A stretch of 64,000 nucleotides of DNA from Reclinomonas americana ATCC 50394 (lineage: Eukaryota). The number at the start of each line of letters is the position of its first letter. The stretch's first letter is position 1. The notes below the pieces were generated by a model. It did no database searches, was not told the DNA's origin, and saw only the letters and a program-made list of their open reading frames with translations. Shown piece by piece: positions 1 through 8,891 of the stretch. The stretch lies in assembly GCA_048213135.1 (NCBI GenBank), contig PS015010.1:248001-312000 (forward strand), written 5' to 3'. A program made the position numbers and the translations under genes.

Positions 1-59
1 CGCAGATCGAAGGCATGGTGAAAAAAGTAGCGCACCTGGTAAAGGTGGAACAGATCTAA
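1..59 (+). CDS. rpmD: 50S ribosomal protein L30, C-terminal part (partial at window edge)
   Basis: Frame 3 reads QIEGMVKKVAHLVKVEQI*, the typical L30 C-terminus; lies directly upstream of rplO as in the spc operon. Confidence 0.9.
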   Translation, partial: QIEGMVKKVAHLVKVEQI

Positions 60-114
60 GCTGCATACCCGTTCCTTTCCCATTATTCAATACATCATTT
101 TCCATAACAAGCGA

Positions 115-132
115 GCCCCGAGTACTCGGGGC
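115..132. repeat. Perfect 18-bp palindrome GCCCCGAGTACTCGGGGC (REP-like)
   Basis: Read directly; shares the CCCGA..TCGGG core with the palindrome at 8775-8792. Confidence 0.6.
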
Positions 133-152
133 GTAAGTTTAAAATAAGTACA

Positions 153-602
153 ATGCAATTACACACCCTCAAGCCTGCGAAAGGCGCAACACACAAAGAA
201 AAAAGGATTGGCCGCGGTGAAGCCAGCGGTAAAGGCGGAACATCTACGAAAGGTAACAAGGGCGGTCAAAGCCGTGCCGGTTACAAGAGCAAGAAAGCCC
301 ATGAAGGCGGACAGATGCCTATCCAGCGCCGTATCCCTAAACGCGGTTTCAAGAACATCAACCGTGTGGAATACAAAGTGTTCAACCTGGGCCAGATCGA
401 CCAACTGGCAGAAAAATACAGCATTACCGAATTCAGCCTGCAGAACCTGTACATCAATGGTCTGATCAGCCAGTTCGACAACGTAAAAGTACTCGGCAAC
501 GGCGAACTGAAAGGTAAATACAGTTTCAAAGTGAACGCGGTGAGTGAAAAAGCCAAAGCAGCTATCGAAGCTGCGGGTGGTTCTGTAGAGATAGTGAAAT
601 AA
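153..602 (+). CDS. rplO: 50S ribosomal protein L15
   Basis: RIGRGEASGKGGTSTKG, EGGQMPIQRRIPKRGF and VKVLGNGEL motifs; between rpmD and secY. Confidence 0.98.
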   Translation: MQLHTLKPAKGATHKEKRIGRGEASGKGGTSTKGNKGGQSRAGYKSKKAHEGGQMPIQRRIPKRGFKNINRVEYKVFNLGQIDQLAEKYSITEFSLQNLYINGLISQFDNVKVLGNGELKGKYSFKVNAVSEKAKAAIEAAGGSVEIVK

Positions 603-683
603 TTTCCCGATATTTGCCCGACCCACGCTCACCAGCGGGGTCATTTTTAATTCAGCGCAAAACACTTAAATCGTTTTAATTCA

Positions 684-2018
684 GTGAAGAAGTTTATTCA
701 AACACTAAAGAATATCTGGAGTATTGATGAACTGCGTAATAAAATAACTTACACCTTATTACTCATTTTCATTTACACCATAGGAACGCATATCGTATTA
801 CCCGGTATCGATCCTAACCAACTGGCCGCCCTCAGCCAGAACCAGTCCCAAAACGGACTGCTGGGCCTTCTCAATACATTCGTAGGCGGCTCTTTCAACA
901 GGGCGTCTATTTTTGCGTTGGGCATCATGCCTTATATCTCCGCCTCTATCTTTATGCAGCTCGTAACCATCCTGGTACCCCAGATGGCCAAGATCCAGAA
1001 AGAAGGTGAAAGCGGAAGGAAAAAAATCAACCAGTGGACACGTTACCTCACCGTTATCGTAACCGCTTTCCAGGCTGCCGCTTATATCGGCTTCCTGAAT
1101 ACTTCTTATGGCAGTGCGCTTGTTCCTGCATTTAAAGGTTATTTCTGGTTATCAACCGTAATCATCCTTACTGTAGGTACACTGTTCGTAATGTGGCTGG
1201 GCGAAAAGATCACCGACAAAGGTTTGGGTAATGGTACTTCCATCATCATCATGGTGGGTATCCTCGGCCGTTTACCGCAATCCTTCATGCAGGAATGGGC
1301 TGCCCGTTCAACAGGCGGCGCCCGTGGTATCCTGATCATGCTGGTGGAAGTGAGCCTGCTCATCGCGGTAATCATGGGTGTGATCATGCTGGTACAGGGC
1401 ACCCGCAAAGTACCGGTTAACTACGCCAAACAAATCGTAGGCAACCGCCAGCTGAGCGGTGCCAGGAACTTCCTGCCCCTGAAAGTGAATGCATCCGGTG
1501 TAATGCCGATCATCTTCGCCCAGGCTATCCTGTTCCTGCCAACCGTATTCTCTAACTTTAAAGGCGAAGGATGGGCACGTTACTTCACCGACCATACCAA
1601 CCTGGTATATATGGCGGTGTATTCTGTTTGCGTAATCGCTTTCACCTTCCTGTATACCGCTCTTATCTTCAACCCGAAACAGATGGCGGATGAACTGAAA
1701 CGTAACAACGGTTTCATACCCGGTGTTAAACCCGGTCAGCCAACTGCGGATTATATCGGTACCATCATGGACAGGATCACTTTACCCGGCGCCGTATTGC
1801 TGGCACTGGTGGGTATCCTCCCCGGTATCTTCCAGTTGATCTTCGGTATGTCACAGGGCTTCTCTACTTTCTTTGGTGGTACTTCACTGCTGATCATGAT
1901 CGCGGTTATCCTCGATACCCTGCAGCAGATCGAAACCCAGCTGCTGATGCGCCAGTACGACGGCCTCATGAGCAGCGGAAGGATCCAGGGAAGGCAAACC
2001 ATTGCCACCGGCGTTTAA
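684..2018 (+). CDS. secY: Preprotein translocase subunit SecY
   Basis: SIFALGIMPYISASI, WLGEKITDKGLGNGTS, FIPGVKPG and FGGTSLLI motifs; GTG start. Confidence 0.98.
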   Translation: MKKFIQTLKNIWSIDELRNKITYTLLLIFIYTIGTHIVLPGIDPNQLAALSQNQSQNGLLGLLNTFVGGSFNRASIFALGIMPYISASIFMQLVTILVPQMAKIQKEGESGRKKINQWTRYLTVIVTAFQAAAYIGFLNTSYGSALVPAFKGYFWLSTVIILTVGTLFVMWLGEKITDKGLGNGTSIIIMVGILGRLPQSFMQEWAARSTGGARGILIMLVEVSLLIAVIMGVIMLVQGTRKVPVNYAKQIVGNRQLSGARNFLPLKVNASGVMPIIFAQAILFLPTVFSNFKGEGWARYFTDHTNLVYMAVYSVCVIAFTFLYTALIFNPKQMADELKRNNGFIPGVKPGQPTADYIGTIMDRITLPGAVLLALVGILPGIFQLIFGMSQGFSTFFGGTSLLIMIAVILDTLQQIETQLLMRQYDGLMSSGRIQGRQTIATGV

Positions 2019-2045
2019 TAATGATCGGAACAAATGAAAATATTG

Positions 2046-2077
2046 ATCCCCGGCTTTCTGGCCGGGGATTCTTTTTT
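2046..2077 (+). terminator. Rho-independent terminator after secY
   Basis: ATCCCCGGC-tttctg-GCCGGGGAT stem-loop followed by TCTTTTTT. Confidence 0.8.
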
Positions 2078-2174
2078 AAAAGTAAAAGTCAAAATTCAAA
2101 AGTTAAAAATAGCGCTTGCTTACGCATGGCTCCTGTTTTAATTCTGACTTTTTAATTTTTACTTTTTAATTTTG
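2077..2174. repeat. Inverted array of roughly 7-nt T(C/A)AAAA(G/T) repeats around a 25-nt spacer
   Basis: Left arm taaaagtaaaagtcaaaattcaaaagttaaaaat; right arm ttttaattctgactttttaatttttactttttaatttt is its approximate reverse complement. Confidence 0.7.
2167..2174 (+). promoter_or_regulatory. Bacteroidota -7 promoter element for map
   Basis: TAATTTTG matches TAnnTTTG, 10 nt before the ATG at 2184. Confidence 0.55.
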
Positions 2175-2183
2175 CATTCTACT

Positions 2184-2984
2184 ATGATACACTACAAAAG
2201 TGAAGCCCAGATAGCCCTGGTGAGGGAAAGCGCCCTCCTCGTGGGAAAGACGCTTGCACTGGTTGCTTCTCACATTAAACCAGGCGTTACCACGATGGAG
2301 CTGGACCAGATCGCCGCAGACTTCATAAAAAGCAATGGCGCTACGGCCTCTTTTAAAGGTTATAACGGCTTCCCCTACACCTGCTGCATATCCGTGAATG
2401 ACGCGGTGGTACACGGGTTTCCTAACAATGTACCGCTTAAGGAAGGTGATGTGGTATCTGTGGACATTGGTGTTTATAAGAATGGTTATCATGGCGACAG
2501 TGCTTATACGTTTGCCCTGTCACCCGTGAAGGATGAAGTAAAGAAGCTGCTGAAAGTGACCAAAGAATCTTTATACAAAGGCATCGAAAAAGCCGTACAG
2601 GGAAACCGGGTAGGTGATATCGGTTTTGCCATACAGGATTATACAGAAAAGCAGAATGGGTATGGCGTTGTGCGTGACCTCGTAGGACATGGCCTTGGAC
2701 AGAGCCTGCACGAAGAACCGCAGGTGCCTAATTACGGTAAGAAAGGCACACGTGAAAAGCTGAAGGAAGGAATGGTACTGGCGATAGAACCCATGATCAA
2801 TATGGGCACGAAAAATATCCTGCATCACGAAGATGGCTGGACCATCCTTACCGCCGATGGTATGCCTTCCGCACACTTTGAACACGATGTTTGTGTACGC
2901 AAAGGCAAGGCTGAAATATTATCATCATTTGAAGAAGTGGAAGCCGCTCAGAAGGCCAACCCGGCACTCTGCTCCGATTATTGA
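2184..2984 (+). CDS. map: Type I methionine aminopeptidase
   Basis: CISVNDAVVHGFP, VDIGV, GDSAYT, GHGLG, AIEPM and SAHFEH metal-ligand motifs; ATG 2184 preferred over TTG 2172. Confidence 0.96.
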   Translation: MIHYKSEAQIALVRESALLVGKTLALVASHIKPGVTTMELDQIAADFIKSNGATASFKGYNGFPYTCCISVNDAVVHGFPNNVPLKEGDVVSVDIGVYKNGYHGDSAYTFALSPVKDEVKKLLKVTKESLYKGIEKAVQGNRVGDIGFAIQDYTEKQNGYGVVRDLVGHGLGQSLHEEPQVPNYGKKGTREKLKEGMVLAIEPMINMGTKNILHHEDGWTILTADGMPSAHFEHDVCVRKGKAEILSSFEEVEAAQKANPALCSDY

Positions 2985-3031
2985 TGTCCTGTATATGAAG
3001 CAGGGCAGGTTTTTACTTTTGAATTTAGATT

Positions 3032-3622
3032 TTATAAAACCCTGTACTTCATATCCACCCGCTGGTCTTTCCAGATATTATCGGGGCTGATATAGGTGTC
3101 TCTCAGCTGCATGATAACACCGGCCCTGGCATATACATCCCTCACCAGTTCGGAACAGATGTAACTTCGGTTGCGTTCTCTTTTACCCGCTTTGAACAAG
3201 ATCCGCAGCATGATGCGGAATATCTCCCAGTTATCGTAAGGGCGGGTAAGTTCATCCAGGCCGAATGAAATGCCTTTGTTCATGGCCTCGTGTTCAATGG
3301 GCACATTCAGTTTGCTGATGATGATCTTCCCCTTATAGGGTCTTTTCTTCCCTTTATAATCGTACAGGTATTTGGAGAGAGGTATCAGCCGTATGCCCAC
3401 AAAAGGTTCCGCTTCCAGCATCAGCACCCTGCCCAGTTCCTCATCCTTATAGATCACCGCCACATGGCTCCAGGTACTTTTGGTAAGCCGCTGTATAATG
3501 CCGGAGAAAAGGTACCCGCCACTGCAAAAAACAATATCACCCGTCTTCAGGTAGTCCCTGATCTTCTCGTAGCGGATAACCGGGATGTCTTTTAATTCTT
3601 TGGGAGTAAAGGGCGCTGCCAT
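3032..3622 (-). CDS. Permuted papain-like amidase (YaeF/YiiX, NlpC/P60 superfamily)
   Basis: N-terminal LKTGDIVF...WSHVAV (His) and C-terminal YICSELV (Cys) in permuted order; ATG 3622 chosen. Confidence 0.8.
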   Translation of the reverse strand: MAAPFTPKELKDIPVIRYEKIRDYLKTGDIVFCSGGYLFSGIIQRLTKSTWSHVAVIYKDEELGRVLMLEAEPFVGIRLIPLSKYLYDYKGKKRPYKGKIIISKLNVPIEHEAMNKGISFGLDELTRPYDNWEIFRIMLRILFKAGKRERNRSYICSELVRDVYARAGVIMQLRDTYISPDNIWKDQRVDMKYRVL

Positions 3623-3681
3623 GATCGCTTGTTTATGATTATTAGTGGTACTTTTACCGGTCAAGATACGAATTCAGCAGC

Positions 3682-4914
3682 ATGAATAAAAAGCGATTGA
3701 TCGTTACAGGCGGGGGTGCAGCCGGTTTTTTCTGTGCCGTAAATGCCGCCGCGCTGAACCCGGCGCTGGAAGTCATCCTGCTGGAAAAATCCTCCAGGCT
3801 GCTCAGCAAGGTACGCGTAAGCGGGGGCGGGCGCTGCAATGTAACCCACGCCTGCTTCAGCATTGCCGATATGGTAAAAAAATACCCACGTGGCAGTGCC
3901 TTTCTCAAAAAAGCCTTTCACCATTTTTTTACGACTGATACGGTCAACTGGTTCCGGGAAAGGGGAGTGGAGCTGAAGACAGAGGCCGACGGGCGCATGT
4001 TCCCGGCAAGCAATACCTCTGAAACGATCGTGAACTGTCTCATACAGGAAGCCAATCGTACAGGCGTATCCGTTATGATGAATGCAGATGTGAAAAAGAT
4101 TGCACGGAAGGGAGATGGTTTTCTCCTGCAATTGTCCGATCAGCGGGAATTGTCAGCAGACTTTCTCTGTATCGCCTGCGGCGGTTTTCCCAAAACAGAA
4201 CAGTTCAGCTGGCTTACGGAGCTGGGACATACGATAGAACCTCCTGTTCCTTCGCTGTTCACCTTCAATATGCCGGGTAATTCCATTACCAGCCTGATGG
4301 GGGTAGCAGTGGAAAAAGCCGTGGTAAGGATACAGGGACTTAAGGAACAATCCGAAGGCCCGCTCCTGATCACACACTGGGGTATGAGCGGACCGGCTGT
4401 ACTGCGCCTTTCCGCCTGGCATGCATGCGAACTGGCCGCGAAAAATTATGCGTTTACCGTTGCTGTAAACTGGCTGCCCGCTTACAACGAGCAAACACTG
4501 AAAGAAAAGATGCAGGAACTCCGCTTCAGCATCGCCACGCAAAAGATCGTCAACCGCAACCCCTTCGGTCTGCCTGCCAGTTTGTGGGAGCACCTGCTGC
4601 AACAATCCGGGATAAAGCTGGAATGGCGCTGGGCTGATGTGCCGGCGAAGGAACAAAACCGGTTGATTAAAGAATTGTGTTCAGGCAATTTTGAAGTAAA
4701 GGGTAAAACCACTTTCAAGGAAGAGTTTGTAACCGCAGGCGGTATTGTCACCAGCGAGATTGACCACCATACCATGGAAAGTAAAAAAGTGCCCGGGCTG
4801 TATTTTGCCGGGGAGATCATCAACGTGGATGGTATTACGGGGGGATTTAATTTTCAGAACGCCTGGACAACCGGATGGATGGCAGCAAGGGCTGTCGCCA
4901 ATTTGAAAATGTGA
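3682..4914 (+). CDS. HI0933/YhiN-family NAD(P)/FAD-dependent oxidoreductase
   Basis: GGGAAG, KVRVSGGGRCNVT, LITHWGMSGPAVL, VTAGG and GITGGFNFQNAW motifs. Confidence 0.93.
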   Translation: MNKKRLIVTGGGAAGFFCAVNAAALNPALEVILLEKSSRLLSKVRVSGGGRCNVTHACFSIADMVKKYPRGSAFLKKAFHHFFTTDTVNWFRERGVELKTEADGRMFPASNTSETIVNCLIQEANRTGVSVMMNADVKKIARKGDGFLLQLSDQRELSADFLCIACGGFPKTEQFSWLTELGHTIEPPVPSLFTFNMPGNSITSLMGVAVEKAVVRIQGLKEQSEGPLLITHWGMSGPAVLRLSAWHACELAAKNYAFTVAVNWLPAYNEQTLKEKMQELRFSIATQKIVNRNPFGLPASLWEHLLQQSGIKLEWRWADVPAKEQNRLIKELCSGNFEVKGKTTFKEEFVTAGGIVTSEIDHHTMESKKVPGLYFAGEIINVDGITGGFNFQNAWTTGWMAARAVANLKM

Positions 4915-5102
4915 CGATAAACCGATATGATAATTCCTTTAAATTATGGCAGTCTTTATGATAGCCGGGATAATGATTGAGGCCGGAAAAATTCTCAACT
5001 CCCAATTGAGCAGCGGTTAATGCAAAGCCAATTTTCACATTATCAAATCTTCAAATTGTTACATTTGACCTACTTTTGCCAAGGTCCGCACAGGGCTGCA
5101 TT

Positions 5103-6206
5103 ATGATTAAAAAGATCGATCGTTACATACTGGGAAAGTACCTCACCACTTTCTTTTTCTGCCTGCTGTTATTCACGGTTATTGTAGTTGTGGTGGACAT
5201 CAGCGAAAAGACCGACGACTTTGTGAAATCGAAGCTGCCTGTTTCCAAACTCATCACCGATTACTACTATGGTTTCATACCCCGTATCGATGCCATGTTG
5301 TTCCCGTTATTCGTTTTTATTTCGGTGATCTTCTTTACTTCCAAAATGGCGACCCGTTCCGAGGTGATCGCTATCCTCAGCAGTGGGGTCAGTTTCCGCC
5401 GTTTCCTGGCGCCGTTTGTGGCCGGGGGACTGATATTATCGTCCATACTCTGGCTGGGTTACCAGTACGTGGTACCCCGTGCCAATAAGATATGGGTGGA
5501 CTTTGACTCCAAATACATCAGCCCGCCGCCAGCCGGGGCTACCGCCAATGAACGGGGCACTTATAAACAGGGATTGTATTTCAAGATCGATCCTAATACC
5601 TATGCCCATATCCGTGGCTATGATACGGTAAGCAAACTGGGCACCGGTTTTTCGGTGCAACGTTTCTCTGGCGAAAAACTGCAGTATGCCATGCGTGCCG
5701 AGAGTTTCCGCTGGGATACCGCTAAAATGAAATGGAACCTGTCCAATACGGTAGAACGTTTTGTTGACAGTATTTCAGAACGAGTAAAACGATCGGCGGA
5801 ACTGCAGATGAACTACAACTTCAAACCACGCGACCTGCGTAAAGATGAATACCTTAAAGACCAGCTGCAGACACCAGAGCTGAATGAGTTCATCGCACTG
5901 GAACGGATGCGGGGCTCTGAAATGCTGAACCCCCTGCTCGTGGAACGCTATAACCGAGATGCGATCCCCGTATCGGTACTTATCCTCACGCTCATCGGCG
6001 CTATACTGGCTTCCCGTAAAATAAGGGGTGGCAGCGGCTTCCACCTGGCACTGGGCGTGTTGCTGAGCGTACTGTACATTTTATGCAGCCGCTTTACCAT
6101 TGTATTTGCCAGTAAGGGTAACTTTACACCTTTCCTCGCAGCCTGGACGCCCAATATCATTTTCGGCCTGCTGGCCTTCTACCTGTACAGGAAGGCGCCG
6201 AAATAA
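5103..6206 (+). CDS. LptF/LptG family LPS export permease
   Basis: IDRYIL start, SEVIAILSSGVSF motif, 3+3 TM layout with periplasmic domain, LAAWTPN near the C-terminus. Confidence 0.9.
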   Translation: MIKKIDRYILGKYLTTFFFCLLLFTVIVVVVDISEKTDDFVKSKLPVSKLITDYYYGFIPRIDAMLFPLFVFISVIFFTSKMATRSEVIAILSSGVSFRRFLAPFVAGGLILSSILWLGYQYVVPRANKIWVDFDSKYISPPPAGATANERGTYKQGLYFKIDPNTYAHIRGYDTVSKLGTGFSVQRFSGEKLQYAMRAESFRWDTAKMKWNLSNTVERFVDSISERVKRSAELQMNYNFKPRDLRKDEYLKDQLQTPELNEFIALERMRGSEMLNPLLVERYNRDAIPVSVLILTLIGAILASRKIRGGSGFHLALGVLLSVLYILCSRFTIVFASKGNFTPFLAAWTPNIIFGLLAFYLYRKAPK

Positions 6207-6430
6207 ACTCCTGCAACATCTGTTTCTTTCGTCTAAAAGAGACCCTGTTTTACTTGACAATTTTTAATAAACAACGTTCCCGGTTTTAACAGGTAAAATT
6301 CTCATAAGATTTATTCAAAAGTTTTGCTGAACAGGATGATGCGTCGTAAATTTAGGCGTCGAAATCAAAAATTTCAACTTTTTCAAATAATATTGAAAAT
6401 AATTAGTAACACTTAATTTGAAACAGGGAT

Positions 6431-7756
6431 ATGGGAATCATTAAAGAAAGGTTCAAAGCCAAATCGGATGTAGTAGCGGCTGAGATCAGGGACCTGCTGA
6501 AAGAGCATGGTACCAAAAAGATCGGAGAAGTTACTTTAAGCCAGATCTACCAGGGTATGCGGGGTATGACCGGCCTGGTTACCGAAACCTCATTACTGGA
6601 TGCACAGGAAGGTATCCGTTTCCGCGGTTACACCATTCCTGAACTGCAGGAAAAATTATCTAAGGCCCCCGGTGGTTCAGAACCCCTGCCCGAAGGTTTG
6701 TTTTACCTGATGCTGGTAGGCGAACTGCCTACGGAAGAAGATGTGCAGCACCTGACCAGTGTATGGCAGCGCCGCAGCCATGTTCCCAACCATGTATTCG
6801 CCACTATTGAGGCACTGCCTGTATCCACGCATCCTATGACGCAATTTGTAGTGGCTGTTATGGCCCTGCAAACGGAAAGCCAGTTTGCCAAACGCTACGC
6901 CAAAGGCATGAGCAAGAAAGAATACTGGGATGCCGTATTCGACGACAGCATGGACCTCATCGCCCGCCTGCCACGTATTGCGGCTTACATCTACAGGCGT
7001 AAATATAAAAACGGTGAACATATTCAGCCTAATGGTCTGCTCGACTGGGCCGGCAACTTCGCTCATATGATGGGATACGAAGATGAAGGTTTCAAAGAGC
7101 TGATGCGTTTGTATATGACCATCCACGCCGACCATGAAGGTGGTAACGTGTCTGCACACACCACGCACCTGGTGGGCTCCGCGCTCAGCGACCCTTACCT
7201 GAGTTTTGCCGCCGGTATGAACGGACTTGCAGGTCCTTTGCACGGACTGGCCAACCAGGAAGTGATCAAATGGATATTTGAACTGAGGGAAGAGATCGGC
7301 TCCGATGCGCCTACCAAAGCACAGATTGAAGAATATGTAAAGAAAACCCTGAGCGAAGGAAAAGTGGTACCGGGTTACGGACATGCTGTACTGCGCAAGA
7401 CCGATCCGCGTTTCTCCGCACAAATGGAATTCGGCAAAAAACATATGCCTGATGATCCGCTGGTTCAAACCGTTTGGAATATTTACGAAGCGGTACCGCC
7501 CATCCTGCAATCTATTGCCAAGATCAAGAATCCATGGCCTAATGTGGATGCGCACAGCGGCGCCCTGCTGGTACACTACGGCATGGTGGAATACGAGTTC
7601 TATACCGTTTTATTCGGTGTGTCCCGCTCCCTGGGTGTACTGGCCAGCCTTTGCTGGGACAGGGCCCTCGGTTTTGCCCTGGAACGCCCCAAATCGGTAA
7701 CTACCGAACTGGTAAAACAGTGGCTCGACGGAAAAGAAGAAATCTGGGGAGAATAA
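6431..7756 (+). CDS. gltA: Citrate (Si)-synthase, eukaryote-like type
   Basis: HADHEGGNVSAHT, GLAGPLHGLANQE, PGYGHAVLRKTDPR and WPNVDAHSG motifs. Confidence 0.96.
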   Translation: MGIIKERFKAKSDVVAAEIRDLLKEHGTKKIGEVTLSQIYQGMRGMTGLVTETSLLDAQEGIRFRGYTIPELQEKLSKAPGGSEPLPEGLFYLMLVGELPTEEDVQHLTSVWQRRSHVPNHVFATIEALPVSTHPMTQFVVAVMALQTESQFAKRYAKGMSKKEYWDAVFDDSMDLIARLPRIAAYIYRRKYKNGEHIQPNGLLDWAGNFAHMMGYEDEGFKELMRLYMTIHADHEGGNVSAHTTHLVGSALSDPYLSFAAGMNGLAGPLHGLANQEVIKWIFELREEIGSDAPTKAQIEEYVKKTLSEGKVVPGYGHAVLRKTDPRFSAQMEFGKKHMPDDPLVQTVWNIYEAVPPILQSIAKIKNPWPNVDAHSGALLVHYGMVEYEFYTVLFGVSRSLGVLASLCWDRALGFALERPKSVTTELVKQWLDGKEEIWGE

Positions 7757-7775
7757 AATCCCCCTTATAATAGTG

Positions 7776-7803
7776 AACCCGGAAGCGATTTCCGGGTTTT
7801 TTT
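7776..7803 (+). terminator. Rho-independent terminator after citrate synthase
   Basis: AACCCGGAA-gcgat-TTCCGGGTT plus T run. Confidence 0.8.
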
Positions 7804-7831
7804 ATTAATTTGTCGCTTCAAAACATGATAA

Positions 7832-8593
7832 ATGAAATTTATATTTTTTATTGCCGCTTCCCTCTTGTTATCACTCAGCTCCAGTGCCCAGGCCGGTAAA
7901 CCCGCTGCCACTGCGCCAAAATCCAACCCGCATTTAAAAGTATTCGGCCTGGCTGCCGAAACCGGCGATATTAATACCGCTATTATGGCGCTCAATTACT
8001 ATATATCCGATCAGGGTGCCAATACGCCTTATGCCGATACGCTTGCCATGATGTATATGCAAAGCGGTGCTTATGTACAATGCTATTACTGGGCCGATAA
8101 ACGCCTGAAAGCAAAACCCGATGATGTAGGCCTGATGGAAATGAAAGGTGTTTGCCTTGATAAACTGCAGCAACCCAAAGAGGCGATCGAGGTGTTTGAA
8201 AAACTCTATGCCAAAACACAGAGTCCCTATCATGCCTATAAACTGATGGAACTCCAGTATAATATCAAACGACTGGCCGAATGCCTGGGTACCGCCCTCA
8301 GCGCCGAAAAACTCCAGTACAAACCCGACTATACCATGACCTACAATGTGGGTGAACAGGTAGGACGTACTTACCTGCAGGCAGGTATATTCAACATCCA
8401 CGGGCTGGCTTTGTACGACCTGGACAGGAAGGCGGAAGCCAAAACTTATTTTGAAAAAGCCGTTGGCCTCGACAGTAATTTTGTACTGGCCAAACAGAAC
8501 CTGCTGGCTATGAAAACACTGGAAACTAATGGAGGAAAGGCGAACCCGGTAAGCCCCAATACACCGGCTTCACCAGCGAATAAACAAAACTAA
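7832..8593 (+). CDS. Exported TPR-like repeat protein
   Basis: Signal peptide (..SSSAQA); helical repeats such as GLALYDLDRKAEAKTYFEKAVGLDSN. Confidence 0.7.
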   Translation: MKFIFFIAASLLLSLSSSAQAGKPAATAPKSNPHLKVFGLAAETGDINTAIMALNYYISDQGANTPYADTLAMMYMQSGAYVQCYYWADKRLKAKPDDVGLMEMKGVCLDKLQQPKEAIEVFEKLYAKTQSPYHAYKLMELQYNIKRLAECLGTALSAEKLQYKPDYTMTYNVGEQVGRTYLQAGIFNIHGLALYDLDRKAEAKTYFEKAVGLDSNFVLAKQNLLAMKTLETNGGKANPVSPNTPASPANKQN

Positions 8594-8600
8594 AATTGAT

Positions 8601-8631
8601 TTTGTCATAAACACAGGAGCCGCTATATTTG
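8601..8631 (+). promoter_or_regulatory. Bacteroidota housekeeping promoter for tRNA-Ala
   Basis: TTTG (8601-8604), 19-nt spacer, TATATTTG (8624-8631), 10 nt before the tRNA. Confidence 0.75.
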
Positions 8632-8640
8632 CAGCCCGAT

Positions 8641-8656
8641 GGGGGATTAGCTCAGT

Positions 8657-8687
<31 letters not shown>

Positions 8688-8714
8688 CCACCAGTTCGAA
8701 TCTGGTATTCTCCA
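8641..8714 (+). tRNA. tRNA-Ala (anticodon GGC)
   Basis: Cloverleaf: GGGGGAT/ATTCTCC acceptor stem with G3:U70, CTTGC-AT-GGC-AT-GCAAG anticodon arm, GTTCGAATC T-loop; CCA not encoded. Confidence 0.97.
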
Positions 8715-8719
8715 CACAG

Positions 8720-8747
8720 ACTCCCGCTTTTTTAGCGGGAGTTTTTT
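8720..8747 (+). terminator. Terminator after tRNA-Ala
   Basis: ACTCCCGCT-ttttt-AGCGGGAGT plus T run. Confidence 0.8.
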
Positions 8748-8751
8748 ATTG

Positions 8752-8815
8752 TGGTATTCTGAAAGCGCTTGCAGTCCCGACGCATGTCGGGAAAGAGGCC
8801 ACCAGTTCGAATCTG
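8752..8815 (+). pseudogene. Partial tRNA-Ala duplicate with the anticodon loop replaced by a palindrome
   Basis: AGCGCTTGCA (8764-8773) and AAGAGGCCACCAGTTCGAATCTG (8793-8815) are identical to tRNA 8664-8673 and 8682-8704; between them is G-TCCCGAC-GCAT-GTCGGGA; TGGTATTCT (8752-8760) equals tRNA 8703-8711. Confidence 0.85.
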
Positions 8816-8891
8816 TAAAAATTCTGAATGTAACAAGGGTATTATCCGAAGATAACTATTGGGGAACTCTTCTGGTTTTGCTGAAAAAACA

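Noticed and set aside
2111-2130. Spacer AGCGCTTGCTTACGCATGGC resembles the tRNA-Ala anticodon arm (AGCGCTTGCATGGC)
   Set aside because: Only a 9-nt and a 7-nt match with a gap; too short to separate from chance.
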